Assembly: GCA_025786725.1 (NCBI GenBank)
Contig: JAHLTZ010000022.1
Coordinates: 1 to 64,000 of the forward strand
Reading direction: 5' to 3'
DNA length: 64,000 bases
DNA from: Syncephalis fuscata S228
Lineage: Eukaryota; Fungi; Zoopagomycota
Part shown: one piece after another, positions 28,543 to 41,600 of the stretch
Position numbering within the stretch: position 1 is the first letter of the stretch
How the letters are laid out: every line of letters starts with the position of its first letter
Notes under the pieces: model-generated
Seen by the model: the letters and a program-made list of their open reading frames with translations, nothing else
What the model was told of the DNA's origin: nothing
The model's database searches: none
Position numbers and translations under genes: made by a program

Positions 28543-30524
28543 TTAAGATGGTGGTGATGATGACGATGATGATTGTAATGATTGTATATCTGTCTCTGTT
28601 GCTAGTGAAAATGCTTCAGTAGGCAGCGCCACTTTCTCTGTAGTTTCAAGTGCTAAATGCGCTTTTGGTCGATTGTGTTCATTATTTTTACGTTCTACTT
28701 GTCGTCGATGTTTACGTGATTTTATGTGATCACGCCATTCTGCCTCACCATTCAATACTGTACGTTTTCCATCTCGACGAACACAAATAGGACAGGTGTA
28801 ATTCTTCCATTTCTCCAATGCCGTATTATAGCCATCCCTACATCATATATATCATTATCACTAGCATTATTGATCATTACAATCCACTTACATATGATTT
28901 GTATTAAATTGTGCTTTATCTTGTGGATATACATCCCAATGTGATGGTATTGTTCCTCCATTTAAAAATGCTAAATTAATTGAATAAATAAATAAATATA
29001 ATTATCCTTATTATCTAATTTACCATTAGCGATTGTTACACCACGCTCTCCTACTTGTTCATGCCAGTGCTCTAGATCTAATTATTGCCTATAGGATATT
29101 GATGTTTACTAGTTTAACTAATCAAATACTTACTATTGGCATCTAACACGTAGATTGCTGCACTTTTCTCGCCCTTTGAGCAAAGCGAAGCAGGAAGTAG
29201 TTTATTACGAATCCAACTTGTTTGCCGTTTAGCATACGTCTCGTTGCTGCTTTCATCTGTTCTGTACAAGCCTCGCGTAAGCTAGCTAACTGCTCTTCTA
29301 AATAAATCGTCTATAATAAATACTAAATACTAAACAATCGTCGTTATTCTTACTTGTAATAGCGTTATCCGATTCAATTGCATCAAAATAAGGAGCAAAC
29401 TCTTTAAAGCCTACCACAGTATAAATAACTGCTTATCAGTGTATCATAAATATAACAATCTTACCAATACCCTGAGCTACACCTCTTTCATAATCCACAC
29501 CACTATTCTCATCTCGCACCATAGTTCGTAATTCAGAAATCTCGTCTAGTAAACCTTTCTAATTATTATCGTTATTATTTAATACAAACAAAAAGTCATA
29601 GTTAAATCCATTTACTTTAAGCATATCATCAATTCGTGTATCCAATCGTGGAAATAAATACTCGGGATCAGCATGTACCCAAATAATACATACTGAATAT
29701 CTATCGTTATATATAATTAATCAATTATTATTGCATCCATCACTTATATTCTACCTTAATCGATCAGCCAACGATGTTTTACGTTGTTCCATTAAAATAT
29801 CACTATGACGTCGCCCTGTATTCTCATATACCTATTACAGTTATAAGTAAACTGAATACTATTTATACTGCAACAGTCAACAGCCATTACCATAAGACTA
29901 CGAATAATTTTACGACGGTCATTAGGATGCCATCTATCAGCCATCATAGGATCTACTTTTTGTAATCGTTCATAAAGTACAGATGTCTGTTCATTATCCA
30001 ATAAAATGGAATCTGTCTCTGTAGCTGATTTATCTGTTGGTGTACGAGGTGTCTCATTAACTAGAAACTGATCCCATAACAGTGATTGTAGATAATAATG
30101 AGTGCCACCCACAAGTATTGGTGTTTGTTTTTGTGCATGGATATCAGCAATCTACTAACTATTATTAATATATTATAGTTATTAAACATGTGTACAAATT
30201 ATTACCTTTTGGTGAGCATCTTGTTCAAATTGAGTCACTCGATATTCCGTTGATTTTGGATCAATAAATGACATTAAATGATGTGGAATATCCTGTTGTT
30301 CTTCAACCGTCATTTTATTAGTCAGTATATCAAATCCACGATAAACCTATATAGACCTCGATTAGTCTCTGTTCTATACAGCAAATACAACTGACCTGTA
30401 ACGAATCCGTATTAATAACTTGACCCTGAATAGCTTTTGCAATCTCTACAGCCAACTGTGACTTTCCTACTCCTGTATTGCCAATCACGGCTATTACGCG
30501 ATCCGCACAACGAGAAGCCATCAT
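28543..30524 (-). CDS. MOD5: tRNA dimethylallyltransferase (isopentenyltransferase)
   Basis: GNTGVGKS, INTDSLQ, VGGTHYY, HPNDRRKIIRSL, QGIGFKEF, C-terminal CPIC...HIKSRKH zinc finger. Confidence 0.93.
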
Positions 30525-31096
30525 AGTAATAGTAGCAACCGTGGCAATAGTGTTTGTAGTATGTGTAGTAGAATAATGATCTATGAATTTAATAAATATT
30601 TTTCAGTATTTTATTATAGTTAAATAATAATCATGTTAATCTAATCAAATAAACGAATTTGTCAATAATAACCGTAGAACGACTTGCTCACAGTCACGTT
30701 TGTCAAAGCGCGGGCTCTAATATCCTCAACACTACTCTCACTCTCACTCTCACTCTCCTCCTTCCTCTCTTCTCTTCCTTATTCATCTACTTTTATCCGA
30801 GCACGGCAAGAAAGACGACAACGCCGGCGATAGCAGTGACCATACGCACGCGGCAGTCTTTTATCAAAGCCTACATCTCACATCTTAGTCTTTACTCTTT
30901 CATCACGCTTTCTTACCTCTACACATATCTTGTTAACTCTATACTGTGTTAGCTAGCGTGTGTTTACCTATCTATCCACCTATCTATCACCTATCTAAAT
31001 CTATTCATCTTACTCTTTAGAAAGAGCCTAGTGTGTAGTACACAGAAACTACTTTGTTCAATTACTAGTGCATATATTGACATACAGTCAAACATC

Positions 31097-34000
31097 ATGG
31101 GTATTCCAAAGTTCTTTCGCTGGATCAGGTATTTGACAGACGTGTTTTTATATACATGTTGCTTACTGCCAACACTATGATCCTGAATGTGCATCTCTTT
31201 ATGTTTAATTATAGCGAACGGTATCCGTTATGCAGTCAGCTGATTACAGAGAACCGGATTCCGGAATTTGGTATGTAAAATAAATAGACGCGTTTATTAA
31301 TAACAAAGGCCAATTTAACCAATATACGATAGATAACTTGTATTTGGACATGAATGGCATCATCCATAACTGTTCTCATCCAAACGATGGAGATGCTCAT
31401 TTTCGTATTACAGAAGATAAAATGTTTCTGGATATGTTTAACTACATTGAGCATTTATTTAGCAAAATTAAACCCAAAAAAGTGTTTTTCTTGGCCATTG
31501 ATGGTAAATAACAAACGATTTAATCAATCATATTGATTACAGGTCTGTATATGCTAAATATCAATTATAGGTGTGGCTCCTCGGGCTAAAATGAATCAGC
31601 AACGCAGTCGTCGATTCCGAACAGCCAAGGAAGCACAAGAGCTAGTACGACAGGCAGAACAGCGTGGAGAAACGCTTCCAAAGGACAAAGCATTTGATAG
31701 CAATTGTATTACGCCAGGTAAATATTAAACTAAAGGTTTGGTGAAATAGACGATGAATGTAACAATGGCCATCTTCTAGGTACTCCATTTATGGCCCGAC
31801 TTTCGAAACAATTGCACTATTTCATTAGTAAAAAGATCAGTGAAGACGCCAACTGGCGCAATGTACAGGTGATTTTATCAGGCCACGAAGTGCCAGGAGA
31901 GGGCGAACATAAGATTATGGAGTATATTCGTTTATCCAAAGCACAGCCTGAATATGACCCCAATGTACGCCATTGCTTATATGGTCTCGATGCTGACTTG
32001 ATCATGCTGGGATTGGTCACCCACGAGCCGCATTTTGCACTTTTACGCGAAGAAGTCAAGTTTGGCCGACAATCCTCTAAGCGTGGGTAAGTAATTGGCA
32101 TCTATTTACTGTACAAGCGACATGTTAATATATGCATTATTGTATGCTTAATATAGAACGGTAGAGACGCAAAACTTCTTTTTAATGCATCTTTCGCTTT
32201 TACGAGAATATCTGGAGCATGAATTCCAAGAACTTCGCGAAATACTTCCTTTTCCATACGACTTTGAGCGTATCATTGACGATTATGTAATGATGGCCAT
32301 GTTTATTGGCAACGATTTCTTACCTCACCTTCCATGTTTGCACATTAACGAAGGAGCATTGGCCTTGATGTTTTCGGCATATAAGCGTGTACTGCCACAG
32401 TTGGACGGCTATCTGAACGATGGCGGCATTATTGACTTTAAGAAGGCTGAAGTACTTATTCGTGAATTGGACGTAACAGAAGACCAAGCATTTGAGCAAG
32501 AATGCATTGACGACCAGTTTGTAAAGGGCAAACGAGCAAATAGAAAACAAAAACGAAACAAAAAGGCCCAAGAAGTAGAATCATTTGACGAGACACCTTT
32601 GCCCAAGATTATTACCGAAACACAGTTTGGTCTTATTAGCTCAATGGAAGAGTTTATTAACGCGGCTAGAACTGATAACGATACGCGCAAACTACACCTT
32701 ACTTCGGATATGCCGGCACGCGACCAGGCATTTGTTTATATTATGTGCGATCGACTTGGCTTAATATGCGACGAACAGCGCGATGAAGTACTCGAGAATA
32801 ACGATAGTGATGCAATTAAGAGTACATCTGATAGTGGCAAAGATGATGCAACTGCTGTAGAAAACAATGATGATAGCGAAGAAGAGGATGATAGCAATGG
32901 GCTAAGTGATTTAGAGGCCAGCTATCATTTATGTGTTCAATGGGAGGAAAACAAAACTGAGGCCCAATATCAACAAATATTACAGCAATTCAAAAGCTTA
33001 ACCGTACTAGGCCCAGAAGATTTAGACGTGGAGAAAGCGGAAAAGGACCAATTAATACAACAACGTGCTGAATGGACACGTAGATACTATGAGGTAAGAC
33101 AAAAAGAGTATATTAACATTGGTATTAATATGCTAATACTATTAACTTATAGGAGAAAATGGAACTCGATCGCAATGACCCAGATCAACTTAAAGACATT
33201 GTATTCCATTATATTGAAGGTCTTCAATGGGTAATGCACTATTACTACAATGGTGTTGTTTCTTGGGGCTGGTTCTATCCATATCACTATGCACCACGTA
33301 CTACTGATTTAGTGGATTTGGATCGATTTGAATTTAAATTCGAGCAAGGCATACCATTTAGACCGTTTGAACAATTGATGGGTGTATTACCAGTGGCCAG
33401 TAAAGAACATATACCTACGGTGTATCAGGTAAGCTATCTATATAATAAATGAACATACAGAATATTAATTGACGATGAATAGGATTTGATGTACAGCGTC
33501 GACTCGCCTATTGTCGATTTCTATCCACTTGATTTTACACAAGATTTGAATGGTAAAAAGGCTGAATGGGAAGCTGTTGTGCGTATTCCATTTATCGATC
33601 AAGATCGACTACTATCGGCAATGCATGGTATGTAGTCTATAACAGAAACACAGCGATAAACGAATAGAATATTTATTTAATATATTAGAACGAGAACATT
33701 TATTGTCAGATGATGAAAAACGACGCAATTCAACAAATCATAGTTATTCGTTTGTCTATGACGTGGATATGGATGAACACTACATTTCCTCTATTCCAGG
33801 CACTTTTCCAGGTAATAATAATAATAGATATACGATTTGGTTATCAGTGTAATTAATAGCTAATTATTAAACTAATATCTAGATATTTTCCATTGTCATT
33901 GCCGTGCTCAGCCTTATCAACTACCCGTTTTATCGACTGATATGAATTTTGTTAAAGGATTATGTAAAGGTGTACGTCTAGGCATTAAAGCTATGGCCGG

Positions 34001-36417
34001 ATTTCCATCATTATATACTATTCCACATGTGGCTGCATTGAAATTGCACGGTGTTACGGTATTTCAACAAGAAAGCCGGTAATAAACTGACATATATATA
34101 TATATTAATAGATATTAACAATAATCTATTGTTTAGTAATGAAACAATGGTTGTTACACTAGCAAATCCATATGAACATACCGATATTAAAACATGGGCC
34201 GAAACAAACCTGGGCAAAATCATTTATGCTGGTAAGTTATTGATTATAATAATCTTTTAAACAATATAACTTAACATCAATCAATCAATCAATAGACTGG
34301 CCATTTTTATCTGAAGTTATGGTATCAGCCGTGTCAGATGCTACACATCGATATGAATTGGATGGACAGGTACTGCGAGGAACACAACATTCGATCCGAG
34401 ACTCTAGTGACTGGAAAAAGACAGTGGATCGACTGGTGCGTCGAAATAATAAACAACTTGGTGTGATAGTAGGCGATGTTAAAGCACTGGTCCATGTAAG
34501 ACCGCTTAAAGGTAAGGATAAGAGCTGATTATAGTTATTATTGTAATAAATAAATTAATACCAACGCTAATTGATTAGGATTGATGCGATTAAATAATGG
34601 AGCCATGGTCAAAGAATTCGATGATAAGAATAAAGAGCGTGATTATATTCTTCAGACTATGGTGGAGCATGTCGAATTTACGGATCCACGCTTTCAGGTA
34701 AATTACTTGAATAGTATACCTATATATAGTATAAGCTGTTTAACATGTCATTTATTGTAGGAACGACCACCTTTATCAATTGAAGAGGAATTCCCAATAG
34801 ATTCACAAATATTCTTCCTTGGCAATCAATTCTATGGCTCTCCTGGACAAGTACTTGAACATAATGGCGATCTACTTTCTGTTAAACTAATTGTATGTGC
34901 TATAATTAGTTTTAACTAAAATGTATTAACACTGTTGTTTATCGATAGATCAAGGCAGAGGCACCACAAGGACCAACCGAATATGGTCGCATATTAGCCG
35001 TACAAGCGGAACGTAATATGCAATTTGTACCTAGCTATGTGGCTGCAAAACGAGCCCATATTTCTCCACTACTTTTGAGTAAAATCACGTCAACACTTAT
35101 GGTAGCCATAGGTAGTAATGAGGAACAGCGTGTCAACTTGGGTCTTAGCATTAAATTCAGTGCCAAGAATCAAAAGGTCCATGGCTACTCACGTAAAGGA
35201 GTACGTGGATGGGACTTTTCAGAGAAAGCAATTCAGCTTATTGAAGAATACAAGGTAAAGAGTACATTAGACTATTTAATCTTTAGCTTATTCTCTTTCC
35301 TCTCCAGACTCTGTTCCCTGACTTCTTTGCCGGACTAGAGCGAGATGTTAATGGTGATATTTATCAGGCACGCAAACTATTCACACCTGAAACGGCAGCC
35401 CAAAGAGTTGAGGAGATTAAAGCATGGCTTAAGACGCTCGATTGTCGCAACCAAGAACGTGTGTCAATTGATGCAGAAATATTGGGCCGGGTAAGTTATT
35501 TTTATTGCCAATAATATACATATTGACATATAATTGCTTTATGTAATATTAAGGAAACGGTCGAGTTAATTGAAGCTGCTACCGATAAAGCAATCCAAGC
35601 ATCACCTGGATATCGATCATTAACCATTCAGAATATACCTCGATTTGTAAGTTACAGTGACTAGTTTATAGTATTTATTAATCGGATGGTATACATGTAT
35701 AAATAGGCATTATTGAAACCATCCTTTGCCGCTGCTCGTCTATCAAATCAGCAATTCCAGCTTGGTGACCGTGTAGTATTTGTGCAAGATTCTGGCAATG
35801 TACCAATTGCCGCTCAAGGCACAGTGGTCGGTAAACAAAGCACGCAACTTGATGTAGTATTTGATCAAACATTTATGAGTGGTACTACATTGGGTGACCG
35901 GTAAGTAAATGGATCGATATTGATAATAACAATTTATAACGATGATGATTCTAGTTGTTCGCCATATCGTGGTATGAAAGTGTCACAACTCTCTGTACTT
36001 AATCTATCCGACCCAATTGCACTAGAACCAGCATCAGAACCAGCTGCTAATGCTAATCATAATGCTAATGTCTTAAACGATAATCAGGTTAAACCGACAC
36101 GACCTTCTCCACAGGCTTCTCGTGGTCATCATCATCATCACCATACTCGTGGTGGTGGTGGTAATAGAGGCACGTATGCTCAACCTAATCGTGGACGAGG
36201 AGCATCTTCACGTGGTACTAATGCTGGACTCGGCCATAATCAAGGTAATGGAGCATCACGTCCTAATAGTCAGCCAGTGCCGGCATCTACGACGAACCAG
36301 GCCAAGTCAAACCATTCAACACCAAGAGGACGCGGTGGAGCACGAGGCAATTCTCGCGGTACTCCTCGTGGTGGTAATCGTGGACGAGGTGCAAATCGTG
36401 GTGGCAATACATCCTAA
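31097..36417 (+). CDS. XRN1: 5'-3' exoribonuclease 1
   Basis: [77 protein letters not shown]-terminal SH3-like domain and RGG-rich tail. Confidence 0.96.
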
Positions 36418-37552
36418 CTAATGAACTATACTAATGGCAGCATTAAATAAATAGATCATTAAGTCTTACTGGCTAATTACTATTAATAGTTTATTTGATA
36501 AATATTTATTGTACAATTTTATTATAGTGTAATCACGATAACTAATTGATCATTGCTATACTATATACCGCTAATGATTACGCCATACAATGGCAAGTAT
36601 TATCCGTTTTATTACGATAACTTTCATTTAACAGTATGACATGTACCGTTTGATTGCAGCCTTAAATCTTAAATATCTGTTTGTGCAAACAATTATAATT
36701 ATAAATTATAGAAATAGTAAGATATTATTTTATTACTACATTTATTGCTTCAATTTGATACAAGTAACTGCGTTATTATATAAATACTTTTGCAATATCA
36801 TTAAATGTTATTTACAACTCTTTGTTTTCTGTGCGTTATCTCGGTTTAACGTCGCTGCTGTTCTGATCGTATCAGCAAAAGCCAATCTTTTAATAAACGC
36901 AGTCCAGTTTAGCATAGCTATAATGATTGCTATAGGTTAAACCAGTAAATCTTTAAGCTGCTAATTGTTTTTCCATTGGTTTCTGCTTTGGCTTGTTCTC
37001 TATATTCTATCTTGCTTGACTTACTAGAATTGATTTCAGAAATGTGGGCAGCAGTTGAATCTTGGATGATTACCAATTAATATGCAATCCATTAACATTA
37101 TGCACTCAAAATTGCTGATATTTGGGTAGAACTTTCTGTTGTGTCTAGTCTAGTGTCTTCATATTGTATTGCGTGTAGTTTAGCCGATGCAATCTAGTTT
37201 ACAGCAGAAGACTGGTGACGAAATGACATGTTGGAATGTTCCATTGCTCAAAATGCTGTGGTGCATCATGATACAAACAGTACTCATTGTATAGTCGATT
37301 TCAGGTGATTAGGATTAGCCATCATTTGAATGATGGCAGTTGCACAACATATGTCATGATATGCCTGAATGTGATGTATTTGTGAATTCAAGCAGTGATT
37401 ACCCCATAACAATGGGCATAGTATCGAATGAAATGCATGCATATACCAATCAACTCACTTTATAATTTACGGAATTATAATTGGCTTATGCATGGCAGTA
37501 AAACCTGTATAAAATACCAGTTTGATACATTAAGCTTGTTTTTTGCGTCAAT

Positions 37553-38290
37553 GTTGTGTGTTATTTTGTATGCAACAGATATTGGGGACCGACTCGGTAG
37601 AAATGGCAGCAAAGACATCATTATCGTTTTCACAAAGCCAAACAATATACTTGTTTTTATCAAATAGTTAAATCGTGTAACAAAAAATACAGGCTAGTAT
37701 GTCTATTTTTATCGCATATGTACTGGGTTATGAACATTGTTACATCGTTCGTGCGAATAACTGACAGATTGAAGTAAAGACCGGGCAGGTTATGTGCTAT
37801 TTTGTATGCATGCAGATATTGAGGACTGAATCGGTAGAAATGGCAGCAAAGACATCATTATCGTTTTACAAAGCCAAATAATATACTTGTTTTTTTACCA
37901 AATAGTTAGACCATGTAACAAAAAACAGGCTAATATGTCTATTTTTATCGCATATGTACTAAATTATGAACATACTACAGTACTCGTGCAAATAACTAAC
38001 AAATTGAAGTAAAGACCGGGCAGGTTATGCGCTATTTTGTATGTATGCGGATACTGCGGAACGAGTCATTCAGTGGAAGCAACAGAAAAGACATTATTAT
38101 CGTTTTTACAAAGCCAAACAATATACTTGTTTTTAGCAAATAGTTGAACCGTGTAACAAAAAAATACAGAATGATGTACATGTCTTTATCGCATATGCAG
38201 TGGTCATTGAAATTGCCGTGTCATTTGTGTAAATGCCGAGCAAATTGAAGTAAAGGCTGGACAGGTTTGAAATTAAGACCAGGCAGGTTA
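37553..38290. repeat. Three diverged tandem copies of a ~237-bp unit upstream of the micro-exon gene
   Basis: Landmarks tattttgtatg (~37562, ~37798, ~38033), aaagacat(c/t)attatcgtttt, caaagccaaa.aatatacttgttttt and ttgaagtaaag.c.gg.caggtt each recur three times. Confidence 0.9.
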
Positions 38291-38633
38291 AAATCAAGGC
38301 TGAAAAGCATTCTATCCCACCCTGAATCTATTGGTACACACGTACCTCAAACCACTATTTGGATTGCTTTATTGGTTCATACTACACATCAATGGTATAT
38401 CTCGTATACTACAGTATACTAGCATTTCAGCATAGCCGTAAGTTTAAATAGCCCACAAAATATACACATCCAACTGCAATATCATCATCCTACTCTACTT
38501 CTTATTAAACACACTACTCTTCACTTTATACCAACAACACTCTACTTTTTGCTATACACACACTACCTTCCACTCTACACCAACCACACTTTACTATCTT
38601 TTTATTTGTTTGTCTTAACAAATCAATATCACC

Positions 38634-41600
38634 ATGAAGTTTCCATTGCCGTCGTTTCCACCATTGTCGTTGCGCTTGTGGCCGTTACAACCATGGTGGA
38701 TGCTAATCCAGCCTTAGTTCGTCGTAGTATGTTGCAATAACAATAAATATGCCATAACATTATGCTTACTAACAACATTGCTAACTAATAATTATAGTGA
38801 GCTGTAAGTTGTATTGTATATTAATTAGATATACACTGATTATATACTGTGCATTGTATGCGTTAACAACTTAATATTAATAGATGGTAAGTTATATTAT
38901 ATATTAATTGATCATTGCTAATTTTATATCATGTACTGTATCCATTAATAACTTGATATTAGCGGATTGTAAGTTGTATTATATATTAACTGACTATAAA
39001 CTAATCACATGTTATGCTTTATATGTATCAATGACTTAATACTAATAGGCGGTAAGTGATATTGTATATTGCTGATTATAAACTAATTATACCATGTATT
39101 GTGTATATCAACAACTTAATATAATAGATGGTAAGTAGCATTGTATATTAACTGATTATGCGCTAATTATATACTATGCACCGTGTATATCAATAACTAA
39201 TACTAATAGCATGTAAGTTATATTGTACATTAATTCAGTATTGGCTAACTATATATTATGCGTGCGTGTATCAATAACTTAATACTAATAGGCTGTAAGT
39301 AGCATTATATATCAACCGACTTATAAATTAATTATGTGTCATGCACTATGTGCATCAATAACTTGGTGGAATAGTTAGTAAGTAACACTGTATATTAACT
39401 GACTATACACTAATTATATATTATGTATTGCGCGTGTATCAATAATTTAATATAATAGAGTAAGTTATATGTATATTAACTAATTACCCACTAATTATAT
39501 CCATGTACTGTGCGTATCAACAACTTAATAATATAGGATGTAAGTTATATATATACATATATATATATTGACTATGTATTAATTATGTTTTATATATTGT
39601 ATGCATCGATAATTTACTATAATAGGCAGTAAGTTGTATTGTGTATTGATTAATCACTCACTAATCACATGCTATTTACTAATTACGCTGACTATTTAAT
39701 ATTAATAGGGAGTAAGTGATATTACATATTAACTGACTATATATTAACTATGTTATTTACTAATAATGCGAATTATTTAATATAATAGGCAGTAAGTGGT
39801 ATTGTATATTAATTGGCTATACATTAACTATACTATTTATTGATGGTATTAACTGTTTAATATTAATAGATTGTAAGTTGTATTATTTATAAATTAATTA
39901 TGCTATTTACTAATTGTACCAATTATTTAATATTAATAGATGGTAAGTGGCAGTGTGTATTAGCTGACTATAAATTAACTATGCTATTTACTAATATACC
40001 AATTGTTTAATATTAATAGGCCGTAAGTTGTATTGTGTATTAATTAACTATAAATTAACTATACTATTTGCTGATTGTATCGATTATTTAATATTAATAG
40101 GATGTAAGTAGTATTGTATATTATTTTATTTTTTTTATTTTGAAGAGCTTGTGAGCCCCCGCTGCGCATAATTAAAGAATTTGCGCTGCTTCCCACTATA
40201 TTTGGACTTTTCCAAACTTTTAACGGGTGGACTGCCACGTTTTTGCGCAAAATCTGGTCCATATAGATTTTACACGGGGGCCATCTTCCTTTAAATGGTG
40301 CTACACAGCACTATTCTCTTGAAGTTGGTCCCAATTGGGTTTTCCTCGGCTATTCTGGCCAAGGTCTTGTTTCCGGACCTACTTATTGGGTTCTGGTTTG
40401 CAATTTGTTAACTAGAGAAAACTGGAGGGGGGATTTTCCACTTAAGGATTGATTCAAACTGAGGTTTGAACCCGGAGCCTTCAGCTCGGGAGACGCTGCC
40501 TTACCAACTGGGCTAGCAACGTCCCCTAGTATTGTATATTAACTGACTATGTACTAATCATATACTATTTACTAATTATACCAATTGTTTAATATTAATA
40601 GGGGGTAAGTGGTATTGTATATTAATTGACTATACATTAATTATACTATTTACTGCTTGTATTAATTATTTAACATTAATAGTTAGTAAGTTACATTGTG
40701 TATTAACTGACTATATACTAACCATATACTGTTTACTAATGGTATTAATTATTTAATATTAATAGAATGTAAGTAATATTGTATATTAATTAACAATATA
40801 TCAACTATGCTATTTACTAATTGTACCAATTGTTTTATATTAATAGGCGGTAAGTTGTATTTTTGCCAATTGATTGCTCACTAATCACATGCTACTTATT
40901 AATTGTATTAATTATTTAATATTAATAGCTCGTAAGTGATATTGTATATTAATTGACTACTCACTAATTACATGCTATTTACTGACTGTACTAATTATTT
41001 GATATTAATAGCTAGTAAGTGGTATTGTATATCAATGGATTATACACTAATTATATACTATGTGCGTCAACAAACTAATATCAATAGAATGTAAGTTGTG
41101 CTATATTCATTGATTACTGACATAATCATATTATGTATTATGTATATTAACAACTTAATATAATAGGTCGTAAGTTGTATTGCGTACTTATTAGTTATTG
41201 ACTAATTATATACCATGTATTGTGTATATCAACAACTCAATATAATAGAATGTAAGTAGCATTGTATATTAATTGACTATAAACTAATTACATGCTATTT
41301 ACTGTGTATATCAATAACTTAATACTAATAGATTGTAAGTTGCATTGTATAGTAACTGACTATGCATTAATCACATTCAATCTATTATGTGTATCAATAT
41401 ATTAATATTACTAGGCAGTAAGTGGTGATATTGTATATTAACTGACTATACATTAACTATGCTATTTACTGGTTGTACCGATTATTTAATATCAATAGAA
41501 TGTAAGTTATGTTGTACATTAATCGACTATGTACTAACCACATGCTATTTACTGTGCATCCACTTAATATAATAGGCGGCAAGTTGTAGTGTGTATTGAT

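Noticed and set aside
38549-38740. ORF-track 63-aa protein as the whole gene
   Set aside because: It starts at TTG and runs through the GTATGT donor at 38727; the likely start is ACCATG at 38634 with one base missing.
40059-40262. 67-aa minus-strand ORF
   Set aside because: Reads through the SINE tail into intron sequence; no recognisable domain.
40455-40526. Functional tRNA gene
   Set aside because: A and B boxes are present, but I see no matching acceptor stem, and it is followed by ~330 bp of body, an A-rich tail and a TSD, so it is a SINE head.
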